From Mobula hypostoma (taxonomy: Eukaryota): a stretch of DNA of 64,000 nt. The notes beneath the pieces were generated by a model. The model had not been told where the DNA came from, ran no database searches, and saw nothing but the letters and a program-made list of their open reading frames with translations. The stretch is taken from contig NC_086097.1 in assembly GCF_963921235.1 (NCBI RefSeq), forward strand, positions 211,360,001-211,424,000, in the 5' to 3' direction. Positions within the stretch are counted from its first letter, which is position 1. Each line of letters starts with the position of its first letter. The position numbers and the translations under genes are program-made. This document shows positions 1-10,344 of this stretch, one piece after another.

Positions 1-1740
1 GACTTACTAATCCACCCTTCAACGTTCTCATTCAGGTCATTTATAAAAATCACGAAGAGGAGTGGTCCCACAACAGATCCCTGCAGAATACCACTAGTCA
101 CTGTCCTCCATGCAATATACGAACCATCTACAACCACCCTTTGCCTTCTGTGGGCAAGCCAATTCCGGATGCACAAAGCAATGTCTGCTTGGATCCCATA
201 CCTCATTACTTTCTGAATGAGCCTCGCATGGGGAACCTCATCAAATGCCTTGCTGAAATCCATATACACCACTTCTACTGCTCTACCTTCATCAATTTGT
301 TTAGTCACATCCTCAAAGGATTCAATCACATTCATAAGGCATGATCTGCCCTTGACAAAGCCATGCTAACTATCCCTAATCAGATTATGTCTCTCCAAAT
401 GGTCATAAATCTTGCCTTTCAGGAGCTTCTCCAACAACTTGCCCACCACTGAAGTAAGACACACTGGTCTGTAATTTCCTGGGATATCTCTATTTCCTTT
501 CTTGCAACCTTTTAATCCTGTTGTACTTTTCCTGTCCCTATTGATGATGCAAAGATCATCACCAGAGGCTCAATCTCCTCACCCGCTTCCCACAGTAGCT
601 TGGGGTATATTTTGTCCGGTCCCGGCGACTTATCTAACTTAATAACTTTCAAAAGCTGCAGCACATCCTCTTTTGTAATGTCTATACACTCAAGCATTTC
701 AGACTGCTGTAAGTCATCCCCACAATTTCCAAGGTTCTTTTCACTGGTGAATACTGAAGCAAAATAGTCATTAAGTACCTCCACTACTTCCTCCAGCTCT
801 ATACACGTGTTTCCACGATCACACCTGATTGTCCTATTCTCACACAGCTCATCCTCTTGCTCTTCACATACTTGTAGAATACCTTGAGGTTTTCCTTAAT
901 CTTGCTCACCAAGGCCTTCTCATGGCCCTTTCTAGCTCTCCTAATTTCATCCTTCAACTCCTTCTTGATACCCCTGTAATTTTCCAGAGCTCTATAAGTA
1001 CTAGGTTTCTTAAACCTTTTATAAGCTTTTCTTCTTAACAAGATTTTTGTACACCATGGTTCTTTTACCCTAGCATCCTATCCTTGCCTCAATGGAACAT
1101 ACCTGTGCAGAACGCCATGCAAATGTTCCCTGAGCATTTGCCACATTTCTTCTGTGCATTTCCCTGAAAAAATCTGCTCCCAATTTATGTTCTCAAGTTC
1201 TTGCCTAATAGCATTATATTTCCACCTATCCCAATTGAATGTTTTCCCAAATTGTCTGCTCATATCCCTCTCCAGCACCATGGTAAAGGAGATAGAGTTG
1301 TTTTGACCACTATCTCGTAAATGCTGTCCTACTGAGAGATCTGACACATGACCAGGTTCATTTCCCAATACCAGATCAAGTACAGCCTCTCCTCTGGTTG
1401 GCTTATCTATAGATTGCGTCAGGAAACCTTCCCGAATACATCTAATAAACTTTACCTCATCGAAACCCCTTGCTCTAAGGAGATGCCAGTCAATATTAGG
1501 AAAGTTAAAATCACCCATCACAACAACCCTATTATTATTGCACCTCTCCAGAATCTGCCTCCCTATCTGCTCCCTAGGCGCAGTCATCAGGGAGACGATC
1601 AGGTTCCATGAACTCCCATATCCTACAAGAGGAGCATTCCACTGCCATATCTGCCATCCTGCCTGCACTGTACAATGGGCCACCAAGACAAAATCTTCCA
1701 ACCTGTTTCTTTGGCCTCAGCCTCTTCTTGTCGAAGCCTG
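1..1740 (-). mobile_element. Decayed CR1 LINE: ORF2 (APE endonuclease plus start of RT) and an ORF1 N-terminal remnant
   Basis: Minus-strand ORF pieces: VVVMGDFNFPNIDW, PTRGEAVLDLVLGN (APE); IKENLKVFYKYVKSKR, KSPGPDKIYPKLL (CR1 ORF2). About 1580-1650 resembles the CR1 ORF1 zinc-finger region at 29060-29320. Multiple frameshifts. Confidence 0.9.
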
Positions 1741-1895
1741 TATTACATTCACAATATCATTTCAGCTCATTTGGTTGGAGGAGTCAAACTACGAAGAAAA
1801 ATGTATGCTTTTCAACAAAATGCACTCAACAAAACTATACTTGTTTTCCATTGGATATTCCATTCACATTATATTACTGTTCAATCCATTCCATA

Positions 1896-2529
1896 TGTAA
1901 GACTCACTTTGCCTAGTGGCATGATTTCAGGGATGGCAGCCCTATCCGGCCAAACTTTAGCACTCTTGTTTGGGTGGATGCTGCGTGTTGTGTCCCCTGT
2001 GTAACATCAGTACCCCAAAATAACATTCAGTCCACAATGCGTGGTTAAACTATTAAGATTTTATATTTAAGTATGGGGTTAGTAGAGAAACAAAAGAAAA
2101 AGAAAACAAATAAAAGACGCCAATAATCTCATAAACATATCCAGTGCACAAACGTTGGAGCTCACAGATTCCCTTTTGCTGATCCTCCTCCGCTCTTCGT
2201 CGACCCCTGAGCTCCCGCCCCGAACCCAGGCCCAATGGGTCCGGCAACCATCTCCTCAAGCCACGTCTTCTCTTTTCATTCTCCTCATGCCTTCTCCCCC
2301 AAATCCCGTGCAAACAACAGCTTTAAGATACACCAGAAAGAATAACATCTATCCCAATTGGTTAGCAAATGAATACAAGTCCCACTATCACTAATTATAA
2401 CCCAAACATGCAGCTACAGAGAACATTACCTCATCAGTTAACATTACAGAGAAGCCATTTCATTATACACTACAGAGAGCCATTTCATTATTAGCCTTAG
2501 CAAGTAACATGAAAGAAGAAACTCTTGCA
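1896..2529. mobile_element. Solo LTR (probably Gypsy-type)
   Basis: TGTAAGA...TCTTGCA termini; flanks CATA/TATA (4-bp TSD with 1 mismatch); internal similarity to the solo LTR at 27016-27628 (ggttagta-A-rich tract, gtgcacaa..ttggagctcac). Confidence 0.7.
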
Positions 2530-3035
2530 TATATATATTATCCAGTTATCTGTTGTGTAATCAAATTCATCAATCTTTCCGATGTAGCCTGGCATTTCTG
2601 CTCTTTTTTTCATGATTTTTATCACCTGGTACTCTGTTTATGAATGTTTGAATTATTTTGCAAAGAAAACATGCTGCTTCAAAGAGAAAACAATATGCTG
2701 CGCTTTTTGTTAACTCCGCCATTTCTTGCTGCACTTTTTTTTAGCTCAAACTTTTCGCTACCTTTCAACACATAGGTAGTTTGTGTCAGGCTTATTTAAG
2801 GCTTCTTCACTGTTAAGTTTTGCAACTCTGAAACATAAAAGACTAATTAAAAGGAGAACACAGAGAGTCCATAATGCGTGTGTAATTTTGTTTCAGCTTT
2901 AATCAATGCCCACACATATGATGTGGCAGCGTAATGATGTATGCCATTTAAATACTTCTACATATAACCTGCAATGCAGTGTGTAAACAACAAAGAATGC
3001 TTAATTAAACAATATATTTACAATATTTTTCAAAT

Positions 3036-4872
3036 ATGAGGCCCTGGTTAAGAAAAAATGAAGTGCATAGCACGTATAAGAAAGAAGGAACAAATAAAGT
3101 ACTTGAGTATAAGAAATGCAAGAGAACACTGAAGGAAGAAATCAAGAGGTTTAAAAGAAGGCATGAGGTTGCCTTCACAGACAAGGTGAAGGAGAATTCT
3201 CAGGGCTTCTACAGATATGTTAAGAGGAAAAGGATAGCAAGGGACAAATCTGGTCCTCTCAAAGATCCAAAAGGTAATCTCTGCATGGAGCCAAAAAAGA
3301 TGGGGACCATCTTAAATGTATTTTTTGTATCTGTATTTTCTTGGGGGACTGACACAGAGTCTATAGATGTGAAGCAAAGCAGCATCAACTTCATAGATTC
3401 TATACAGATTACAGAGGAGGAGGAGTTTGATGTCTTGAGGCAAATCAGGGTGGATAAATCACTGGCAAGGTCTGACAAGGTGTTTCCTTGGACTCTCTGA
3501 GCAGCTAGTGCAGAATTTATAGGGGCCGTAACAGAGGTATTTAAATTATACTTAGCAACAGGTGAGGTACTGGAGAATTGGAGGATAGCTAATGTTACTC
3601 CACTGTTTAAGAAAGGCTCCAGGTGAGCCTCATATCAGTAGTGGGAAAGTTATTGGAATGTATTCCAACAGACTGCATATATGATTATTTGAGAGACTGG
3701 GATTGATTAAGAATAGTCAGCATGGCTTTGTGCAAGGTAGGTTAAGTGTAACCAATCTTATAGAATTTTTCGAGATTGTTACCAGGAATGTTGATGAAAG
3801 CAAGGCAGTGGATGCTGTTTGCATGGACTTTATTAAGTCATTTGACAAGGTCCCACATAAGAGGTTGGTCAGGAAGGTTCAGTTGCTCAGCATTCAGGAT
3901 GAGATTGTAAATTGGATTAGACATTGGCTTTGTGGAAGTAGCCAGAGAGTGGGATTAGATGGTTGTCTCTCTGATTGGAGGCCTGTGACTAGTGGAGTGC
4001 TGCAGCAATTGGTGCAGGGTCCGTTGTTGTTTGACATCTATATCAACGACCTGGATGGTAATGTGGTAAACTGGATCAGCAAATTTGCGGATGACACCAA
4101 GATTGGGGGTGTAGTGGACAGCGAGGAAGACTATCAGAGTTTGCAGCGGGATCTGGAACATCTGGAAAAATGGGCTGAAAAATGGCAGATGGAATTTAAA
4201 GCAGAGAAGTGTGAAGAGTGCACTTGGGTTGGACCAACCGGGATAGGTCTTATACAGTGAGCGGTAGGGCACTCAGGAGTGTGGTGGAACTGGGGGATCA
4301 GAAATCCATCCATAATTAATTGAAAGTGGTGTCACAGGTAGACCGGTTCATTAAGAAAGCTTTAGGCACCTTGGCCTTCACAGATCAATGTACTGAGTAC
4401 AAGAGTTGGAATGCTATATTGAAGCTGTATAAGACATTAGTGAGGCCTAATTTGGAGTACTGTGTGCAGCTTTAGTCACCTTCCTACAGAAAAGATGCCA
4501 ATAAGGTTGAAGGAGTGCGGAGAAAATTTACAAGGATGCCAGAACTTGAGGACCTAAGTTATAGGGAAAGGTTAAATAGGTTAGGACATTTTTTTCCAAG
4601 AGTGTAGAATAATGGGAGGAGATTTGATGGAGCTATGCAAAATTTTGTGAGGTATAAATAGGGTAAATGCAAGCAGGCTTTTTCCACTGAGGTTGATATA
4701 GGTCATGATTTCGATATCAATGTTTAAGAGAAGTTTGGATAGATACATGCATGGGAGGAGTATGGACAGCTATGGTCTGGTTGCAGGTCAATGGGACTAG
4801 ACAGCTTAAATGAATCAGTACGGTACAGATGAGCCTAAGGGTTTGTTTCTGTGCTGTAGTTTTCTATGATTC
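3036..4872 (+). mobile_element. 5'-truncated CR1 LINE (RT domain and 3' UTR)
   Basis: SQHGFVQGR, DFIKSFDKVPH, WRPVTSGV, KFADDTKIGG (RT catalytic FADD), LEKWAEKWQMEF; typical CR1 3' end tgtttctgtgctgtag...ctatgatt. Confidence 0.95.
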
Positions 4873-4886
4873 GATTACTGAAATAT

Positions 4887-6246
4887 CAATGGTTGTGTTG
4901 AGTTGTTCTCCGATCTTGGCAAACTATTTGCAAACGTATCATCACCATACAAGGAGACATTATCATTCCTCCGAATGCTTGGCTTTTATATACTTACCAA
5001 TCAGTTGATTGGTCATCATCATGGAAACAGTTGTGATGTAGGGAGGGGGCTCATTGCTTTTTGGTTGTATGGTAAACTCAGTGAGTTGTCTTGAATTTTG
5101 CCCAAATTGGCATATAAATGAGATTGAGGTCTAAATGTCTGTGTATAGAATTATTTGCTGAAAACCATGCTTTAGGAATTCTCTTGCACGCCGGGTGTTT
5201 GCTTGCACCATGACCTTCACTGATGCCCAGTTGAATTCCTGCCCCTCTCACTCTTCGTGGACAGAGACTAGGGAGAGTTGGTCTTGCCACTTAACGGCCA
5301 GTTGATGTTCATAGATCCTTGTGTTGTGCTTCTTCTGGTAATCCATGCATCCAAATGCACACAAGAAAAGCTGTATCAAAACTTTGTTCCCAAGAGCGGG
5401 GACACCACAGCAACACAGCAGAACTAAAGGATAAAGAGATGAAACATCTCTTCAAAGTATTTGCACAAAACAAATACCCATGAAACTCCATACACAGATG
5501 CTTACGAGATCGACAGCACACCAACCAAGAAGCGAGCAAGTGGGTTGTCCTTCCATACATTCAAAATATCTTGGAAATATCAGTCCAACTGCTCTAAGAA
5601 AAAGAAACTTCAGTCGTGCATAAACCAATAACCACATTGAGGAGAGTACTCTGCAGACCAAAAGAACAAACTGTTATTGGACAAAACCAAAGTGGTCCAC
5701 AAAATCCAATGCAGGAACTGCAGCAAATGTTACATTGGCCAAACTAGGAGAAAACTATCCACAAGGATCTATGAATATCAACTAGCTGTCAAGCAATATG
5801 ACCAACTCTCCCAAGTCTCTACCCACAGAGAACGAGAGGGGCACAAATTTGGCTGGGGATCAGTGCAAGTCATGGCACAAGCTCACACACGGCTTGCAAA
5901 AGAACTCCTAGAAGCATGGTTTTCCACAAACAATTCTATAAACAGACATGTGGACTTCAATCCCATTTATAAGCCAATACAGGCAAAATTCCCAGACAAT
6001 GCACAGTTTGCCATGCAACTAATCAGCAATGAGACCCCTTCCCTACATCACAATTGAGTTTCCATAATGACAACCAATCAACTGGTTGATAAGTATGTAA
6101 ACGCCAAGCACCGAAGGACACACCACAAGTGAGTAATGCCCTAATGATGTCTCCTCATATGGTGATGGAACATTTGCAAAAATCAGAGAACAATTCAACC
6201 CAACCATCAACCATCCAAGCTACACATTTTCCAAGTCATTTCCAAC
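4887..6246 (+). mobile_element. Penelope-like element (Poseidon-type GIY-YIG endonuclease) with an inverted 5' pseudo-LTR
   Basis: ORF 5677-6057 has VVHKIQCRNCSKCYIGQTRRKLSTRIYE...LLEAW...NSINRH (GIY-YIG). About 4887-5260 is an inverted copy of about 5800-6210. Flanked by the 10-bp direct repeat ACTGAAATAT (4877-4886, 6247-6256). Confidence 0.9.
5677..6057 (+). pseudogene. Penelope GIY-YIG endonuclease domain remnant
   Basis: VVHKIQCxxCxxxYIGQT...R...E motif; the upstream RT part is disrupted. Confidence 0.85.
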
Positions 6247-6279
6247 ACTGAAATATTAAATACAACAGGAAGTGGTAAA

Positions 6280-6455
6280 TATGTATTTGATTTCAACATT
6301 TAAGAGAAGTTTGGATAGGTACATGGATGGATGGCTATGGAAAGCTTTCATCCGTGTGCGAGTTGAAGGGATAAGGCAGATTAATAGTTCAGCATGGCCT
6401 AGATGGGCTAAAAGGCTTGTTTCTATGCTATAGTATTCTATGGTGCTATGCCTCT
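6280..6455 (+). mobile_element. CR1 3' tail fragment
   Basis: tttaagagaagtttggataggtacatggatg...gatgggctaaaaggcttgtttctatgct, similar to 4720-4870. Confidence 0.8.
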
Positions 6456-6754
6456 AACTAGGCCACAGCAACTCTTGCCTTGGCTATTCATCCTGATACA
6501 GCTGCATCATCCTACTGTGAGCCTCTCATTTTCCTCATCTCCGTAGCCCCTCAGTGGCATTGTTCTCAGGCATGGGATCTGCTTTTAACATTACAGTCAC
6601 ATCCATCTTTAACTTTCCCACTTTCTCTCAAAGCTAGGAATCATTACTGTGATACCAAATTGCTATTCTGGCAACAGTTCAATGCTGAGTCAAAAAAATC
6701 TTCTAACAGAATATCAAACTGAAGCCATCATCGCTGGCCCTTCAGTAAACTTGA

Positions 6755-7140
6755 GCAACACACACACATAATGCTGGAGGAACTTAGTAAATCAGGCTGC
6801 ACCTACTGAGGGGAATAAACAGTCAACATTTTAAACAGAGACCCTTCATCAGGACTGGAAATGAAGGGCGCAGAAGCCAGAAAAACAAAGTGAGTGGGAA
6901 GGAATACAAGCTGGTGGGTGAAAGGTGAGGACGAAAGTAGCTGGGCGTGAGAAAGTTGAAAAAATGGAAACTGGGAAGGGATAGATAGATAAGTAAAAAG
7001 CTGTAGAAGAAGGAATATAATAAGGGAAGAAAGTGGACCATGGAAGAAAGGGAAGGAGAGGAGAACCAAAGGGAGATAATGGGCAAGGTGAGAGGATAAC
7101 AAGAATGGAGAATGGAAAAAGAGAGAGAAGGAGGGATAAT
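6755..7140 (-). mobile_element. Penelope-derived pseudo-LTR repeat (degenerate hammerhead core)
   Basis: aacacacacacataatgctggaggaac...gacccttcatcaggactgg, same family as 52564-53123. Confidence 0.75.
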
Positions 7141-8107
7141 AATCTTTGTCCCTTCCGAACTGTTTGTGTTTCTGTTCCAGCCACTTTGTTTCAACGAATG
7201 GTGATGGTACAGGATTCATTGGGGGTAAAATGACTGAGTACCATTTCTGCAAAACCAACTAATTACTCTGGTTGGTCAGAGGTGCATGACATGTAGGATT
7301 TTACTGCTTCTGGTGACCATTTTGCCTTTCACCTAAAACCCATTTTGATCTGCAGTCTCCCAATTCACAAAGCACACAATGTTAGCCTCAGTATTTTTAA
7401 CAAGCATTTTGCCAGCTACAGATAAATTCATGGTGAATAGAATTTGGAGGAGTAACTAGGTTGCATGATAGATTACGGATTGTCAAGGGCTGTGAATCAA
7501 TCTAGCAATTCGTCACTTATTGTACTAAATGGACTAAATAAGGAGGCAGAGAGAGATTTTCTTCCCCAGCAACAATACACAAGCCATCTGCTGTAACAAT
7601 TCCGCGTTGTTCCCTTTTCCTTAATTCATTGGAGGAACTACTCGAATAACTTAACCAGATCATGTTAATTACTCACATTTTATTGTGCAGATTACCACAC
7701 TCCCTCTCAGCACCTTGTTATGCTTATTCCACCGCATTAGTCTTCACACTCACTTAGCTCTCTGGTGTACTCCTCTATCTCCTTGGTCGCATTTATCACA
7801 GGATTTATCTCTCCCACCTACCTGTATACATTCTAGTCTTTATATAATTCAATACTTCCTGAAAATACATTCAGCCTGAAAGTGGCTGAACAGGCTGATG
7901 GGGTGGTTAAGAGGGCATATGGCATTTTTGTCTTGATTAGTCAAGGCAATGAGTTGAGAAGTCAGGAAGTTACGTAGCAGTGTTATAAAACTCTAGTAAA
8001 ACCATATCTGTCGTATTGTATACGGTTCTGGTTGCCCCATTGTAGAAAGCTGAGGCTTTGGAAAGGGTGCAGAGGAGGTTTACTAGGGTGTAAACCTCTT
8101 CCACACC

Positions 8108-8360
8108 ATGCCACCGTAGCGTAGCAGTTACTGCAAGGCTATTACAGCTCAGGGCATCAGGGTTCAGAGTTCAATCCTGCAAAGTGTGGTTTTCCTTACG
8201 GTGTTCCAAGGTAACCCACTTAGTAAGTCGATCAGTCATTGGAAATTATTCCGTGATTAGACTAGGGTTAAATCGGTAGGTTGCTGGTGGCACGGTTCAG
8301 AAGGCTGGAAGGGCATATTCTGCATTGTATCTCTAAATAAAATAAAATAAATAAGTAAAT
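8108..8360 (+). mobile_element. tRNA-derived SINE inserted in CR1
   Basis: Box A-like gtagcgtagc, box B-like gagttcaatcc, (AAATA)n tail. Confidence 0.65.
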
Positions 8361-8744
8361 GAATTTATTAGAGGGCATGTACTGTAGTGAGAAGTTGGAC
8401 GGACGGATTGTTTGCTGTGGAGCAGCCGAGGCTGAGGGGAGATCTGATCGAGGTTTCTATGATTATGAGAGGCACAGACCAAACAGACGGACAGTATCTT
8501 TCTCCTAGGGTTGAAATGTCTAATACCAGAGGGCATGCACTTAAGGTGAAAGGGGGTCATTTCAAAGGAGATGCAAGGCACAAGTTTATTACACAGAGAG
8601 TGCAGGGTGCCTTGAATATGCTGTCTGTGTTGGTGGTACAGGCAAAACCATTAGAGACTTTTAAGAAGGACATGAACATGAGGAAAGGATATGGACATTG
8701 TAAAGGCAGAAGAGAGTAGTTTAGTTAGTCATTTAATTGTTTGT

Positions 8745-9052
8745 GTGGGCACATAGCCAAGTGGTTAAGGTGTTCGACTAGCGATCTGAAAGTTGTGAGT
8801 TCGAGCCCCAGCCGAGGCAGCATGTTGTGTCCTTGAGCAAGGAACTTAATCACACATTGCTCTACGACGACACTGGTGCCAAGCTGTAAGGGTGCTATTG
8901 CCCTTCACTTGGACAACATCGGTGTCGTGGAGAAGGGAGACTTGCAGCATGGGCAACTACTGGTCTTCCATACAACCTTGCCCAGGCCTACGCCCTGGAG
9001 AGTGAAGACTTTCCAGGCGCAAATCCATGGTCTCGCAAGACTAATGGATGCC
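8745..9052 (+). mobile_element. tRNA-derived SINE with a CORE-like central segment
   Basis: Box A TAGCCAAGTGG (8754-8764), box B GTTCGAGCC (8799-8807), gtgtccttgagcaaggaacttaa CORE-like block; TSD-like ttaattg(g)tttg on both sides. Confidence 0.8.
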
Positions 9053-9344
9053 TTAATTGGTTTGGCAGAACATTATAGACCGAAAGGCCTGTTCCTCCTC
9101 TGTATTGTTCTATGTTCTTTGTTCTAGATGAACAGACCTTGTTACCAGGGAAGAGGTACAGGGTATGGAGAAGATAGGATGTTCAGGCTAGTTTCCCAGT
9201 GACAGAATAAAATTCCAAAGCCCACACATCATACAACACTTGGCAATGGCAACCCAACTTCAGTATTGCATGTACCACACTTACTTCATCAATTTTCTAC
9301 CCTCTGAATATATTCTGTGACTATTGTGAATCAGTAGAGCAGAA

Positions 9345-9775
9345 ATACAAGTTCAAGTCTAATCGTCATTCATGAATACAGCCAAATGAAACAGCATTCC
9401 TCTGGAGCCAAAGTGCAAAACATAGTAGCAACAGTCAAACATGGCACACAACAGCACTCATAGCACATATAATTACAATACCAGAAAAACAATACAGTTA
9501 CAATAAAAACATATAACCTAAGTCCCTGAGTCATGGCCTGTAGAATGATGGTGCATAGATGTTGTCCTGGAGCTACGTTTCTGCAAGAACAAGTATGTAG
9601 CAGTTCCTCATCTTGCACAAGAGCAGCTGCAGAAGAATTCAGACCAGCTTGTCTTCCACCGAGCAAACACAGCACCGATGGGAGGGGCAAGTCCCAACCC
9701 ACCGCAGAGTCCAGCAGCACACAGCCAGCTTTGGCTTTTCTTTCCCGGCGGCCGCCTCTTCATGAGAGGGGCTGA
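9345..9775 (-). mobile_element. Non-autonomous LINE-tailed repeat (same family as 46104-46760)
   Basis: 9531-9690 aligns by eye with 46120-46260; Rex1-type 3' tail at about 9345-9480. Confidence 0.6.
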
Positions 9776-9984
9776 TTACATCTGATCACATGTCATTATG
9801 GAACTATTGTGCACTTGGCGAAGAGTTAAATTAGGCAGTCAGGAAGGATTTCACCAGGTGACAGCTGACAAGTTAGCAAATGAATGTTGTGGTGTTAGAG
9901 ACCGTTGACGAAAGAACCAATCAACAGGCATAACCATTTCAAGCTCTGCTCAGCTAGCCGAGATGCTGTTTAATGTTGTACAGT

Positions 9985-10130
9985 TCTTTCCCCTACCCTA
10001 CCTTACTCAGGCTTCTGCGCTCTCCCTTTCCAGTGCTGATAAAGGGTCTCAACCCAAAAATTCAAATGTTTATATGTCTCCAGAGATCCTGCCTGACCTG
10101 CTGAGTTCCACTGGCACTTCATGTGTGTCC
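9985..10130 (+). mobile_element. Penelope-derived pseudo-LTR fragment
   Basis: ccagtgctgataaagggtctcaaccc...cctgcctgacctgctgagttcc. Confidence 0.65.
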
Positions 10131-10344
10131 ATAAACCTGCCAATTTCTGTGCAACAGTCGTTCCAGCACCGATCCCTGTGGAACACCATTGGTCACTGAC
10201 CCCTCCAGTCAGAATAACACCCCCGCCACCACCATTGCCCTCTATCTTCTATGGCCAAACCAATCTTGAGTCAAATCTACCAAGTCACCATGGATCCCAC
10301 CTGCCTTAATCTTCTGGATCAGTTTGTCATGAAGGACCTGGGGA

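Larger units (their letters stand above)
2811..6267. mobile_element. Putative AT-rich solo LTR split by nested CR1 and Penelope insertions
   Basis: Starts TGTTAAG at 2811; ...tttacaatatt (about 3026) appears to continue as actgaaatattaaatacaaca, ending in CA at 6267. No TSD found. Confidence 0.4.
7875..9125 (+). mobile_element. CR1 3' portion interrupted by two SINEs
   Basis: RLRGDLIEV, TRGHALKVKGG, FITQRV motifs; the CR1 tail resumes after 9055. Confidence 0.85.

Noticed and set aside
6803..7258. Hydrophobic 111-151 aa ORFs
   Set aside because: They arise from the pyrimidine-rich strand of a Penelope-derived repeat; low complexity.
8745..8820. tRNA-like sequence with A and B boxes
   Set aside because: It runs into a CORE-like body and tail with a TSD, and has no proper acceptor stem or terminator, so it is a SINE head and not a tRNA gene.
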